A stretch of 64,000 bases of DNA, taken from contig JALDZX010000002.1 in NCBI GenBank assembly GCA_022813865.1, positions 496,001 to 560,000 on the forward strand, in the 5' to 3' direction. Below the pieces are notes generated by a model. That model was not told the DNA's origin and searched no databases. It saw only the letters and a program-made list of their open reading frames with translations. Positions 63,228-64,000 of the stretch are shown piece by piece. A program made the translations under genes and the position numbers. The stretch comes from Xylographa opegraphella (lineage: Eukaryota). Within the stretch, counting starts at the first letter, position 1, and each line of letters opens with the position of its first letter.

Positions 63228-64000
63228 TCAGTCGCATGAACCTATCTCGCCACGCGGTGGTGATACTTGAAATGTTTAGCAATCCACCGAGACGAAGACT
63301 TCTATGGAAGTTCCGTTTTATATGATACATGTTCATTGGGGGTGGATCCTGCACATGTAGTTGTTTTACGGTACTTGAACTTATCGGATGGAAGGTCGGA
63401 GCTGTACTTCCATGTGTGTTGAGCACACGAGCGTTATATTCTACCTCATACACGAACAGCTAATCCAGAGCGAAAATGTCATGAGGACCGCGGTACAGGT
63501 TGAGATCAGCCTCAGGAATTGATCAGATACACAGTGGAAAGGTAGCCGCCCGATTTTTGAGCAGGTTAGGTACAGAATCCTGCATTGTCGGACGGCAGAT
63601 TACTCCACCTTATTCTTAATCGGGTTTCAAAACAACAAGCGATTGTTTGATCTTATCTGATCTTGTAAGCGAGCTCTATCATATGCTGTCTGATACTGCT
63701 CGGCGGCAACGGACTTGGGTCAGTCGACGATGCTGCACTAGAGCAATAGTCAAGGAATCTGCAAGTCAAGCGACCTACTCTCGAAGCTTTTTCTCTTATC
63801 CAGGGAAGCCCAGCCAGGAAGTGATAAAGATGCTACCTTCTTCGTCACACCTTCACAACAGTCCGTCGAGTGCAGAATCTCCGAGATTGGCGGTTATGGA
63901 GCAGAGGTATTGACTCCTAATGGGACCCACTCGTCCAGCATCGGCCGAATCATTACACTATCAAGACAAGACTCCCTGAAACTCAGTATACAAGACTTTT

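Overview
Intron-containing genomic DNA from a filamentous ascomycete (Pezizomycotina-type genes and GT-AG introns with CTAAC branch sites), with a 19-N scaffold gap at 50501-50519. The left part (1-39 kb) has two conserved genes (RanBP9/10-like GID subunit, INO80 subunit Ies4). These are followed by accessory genes: a GH18 chitinase, a TF-like/SDR divergent pair, a decayed D-lactate dehydrogenase, a GH51 arabinofuranosidase, a damaged C2H2 gene, an AA7 flavo-oxidase, an S41 peptidase, a CmcJ/AsaB-like oxidoreductase, an NB-ARC/TPR NLR, a beta-lactamase-fold hydrolase and a PD-(D/E)XK-like protein. The main result is a candidate dikaritin-type fungal RiPP gene cluster at about 40.1-59.2 kb. It has a secreted Kex2-repeat precursor with 13 x (D/E)-V-E-S-P-(Y/N)-Y-K-R units, two DUF3328/UstYa-type oxidases (paired HxxHC motifs), a membrane-anchored tyrosinase, an MFS transporter, a Zn2Cys6 regulator, an ABCC transporter and a YTP1-like membrane protein. 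The SP(Y/N)Y core matches none of the characterised dikaritin cores I know. Exon boundaries were inferred by eye and family calls rest on motif recognition, not database searches.
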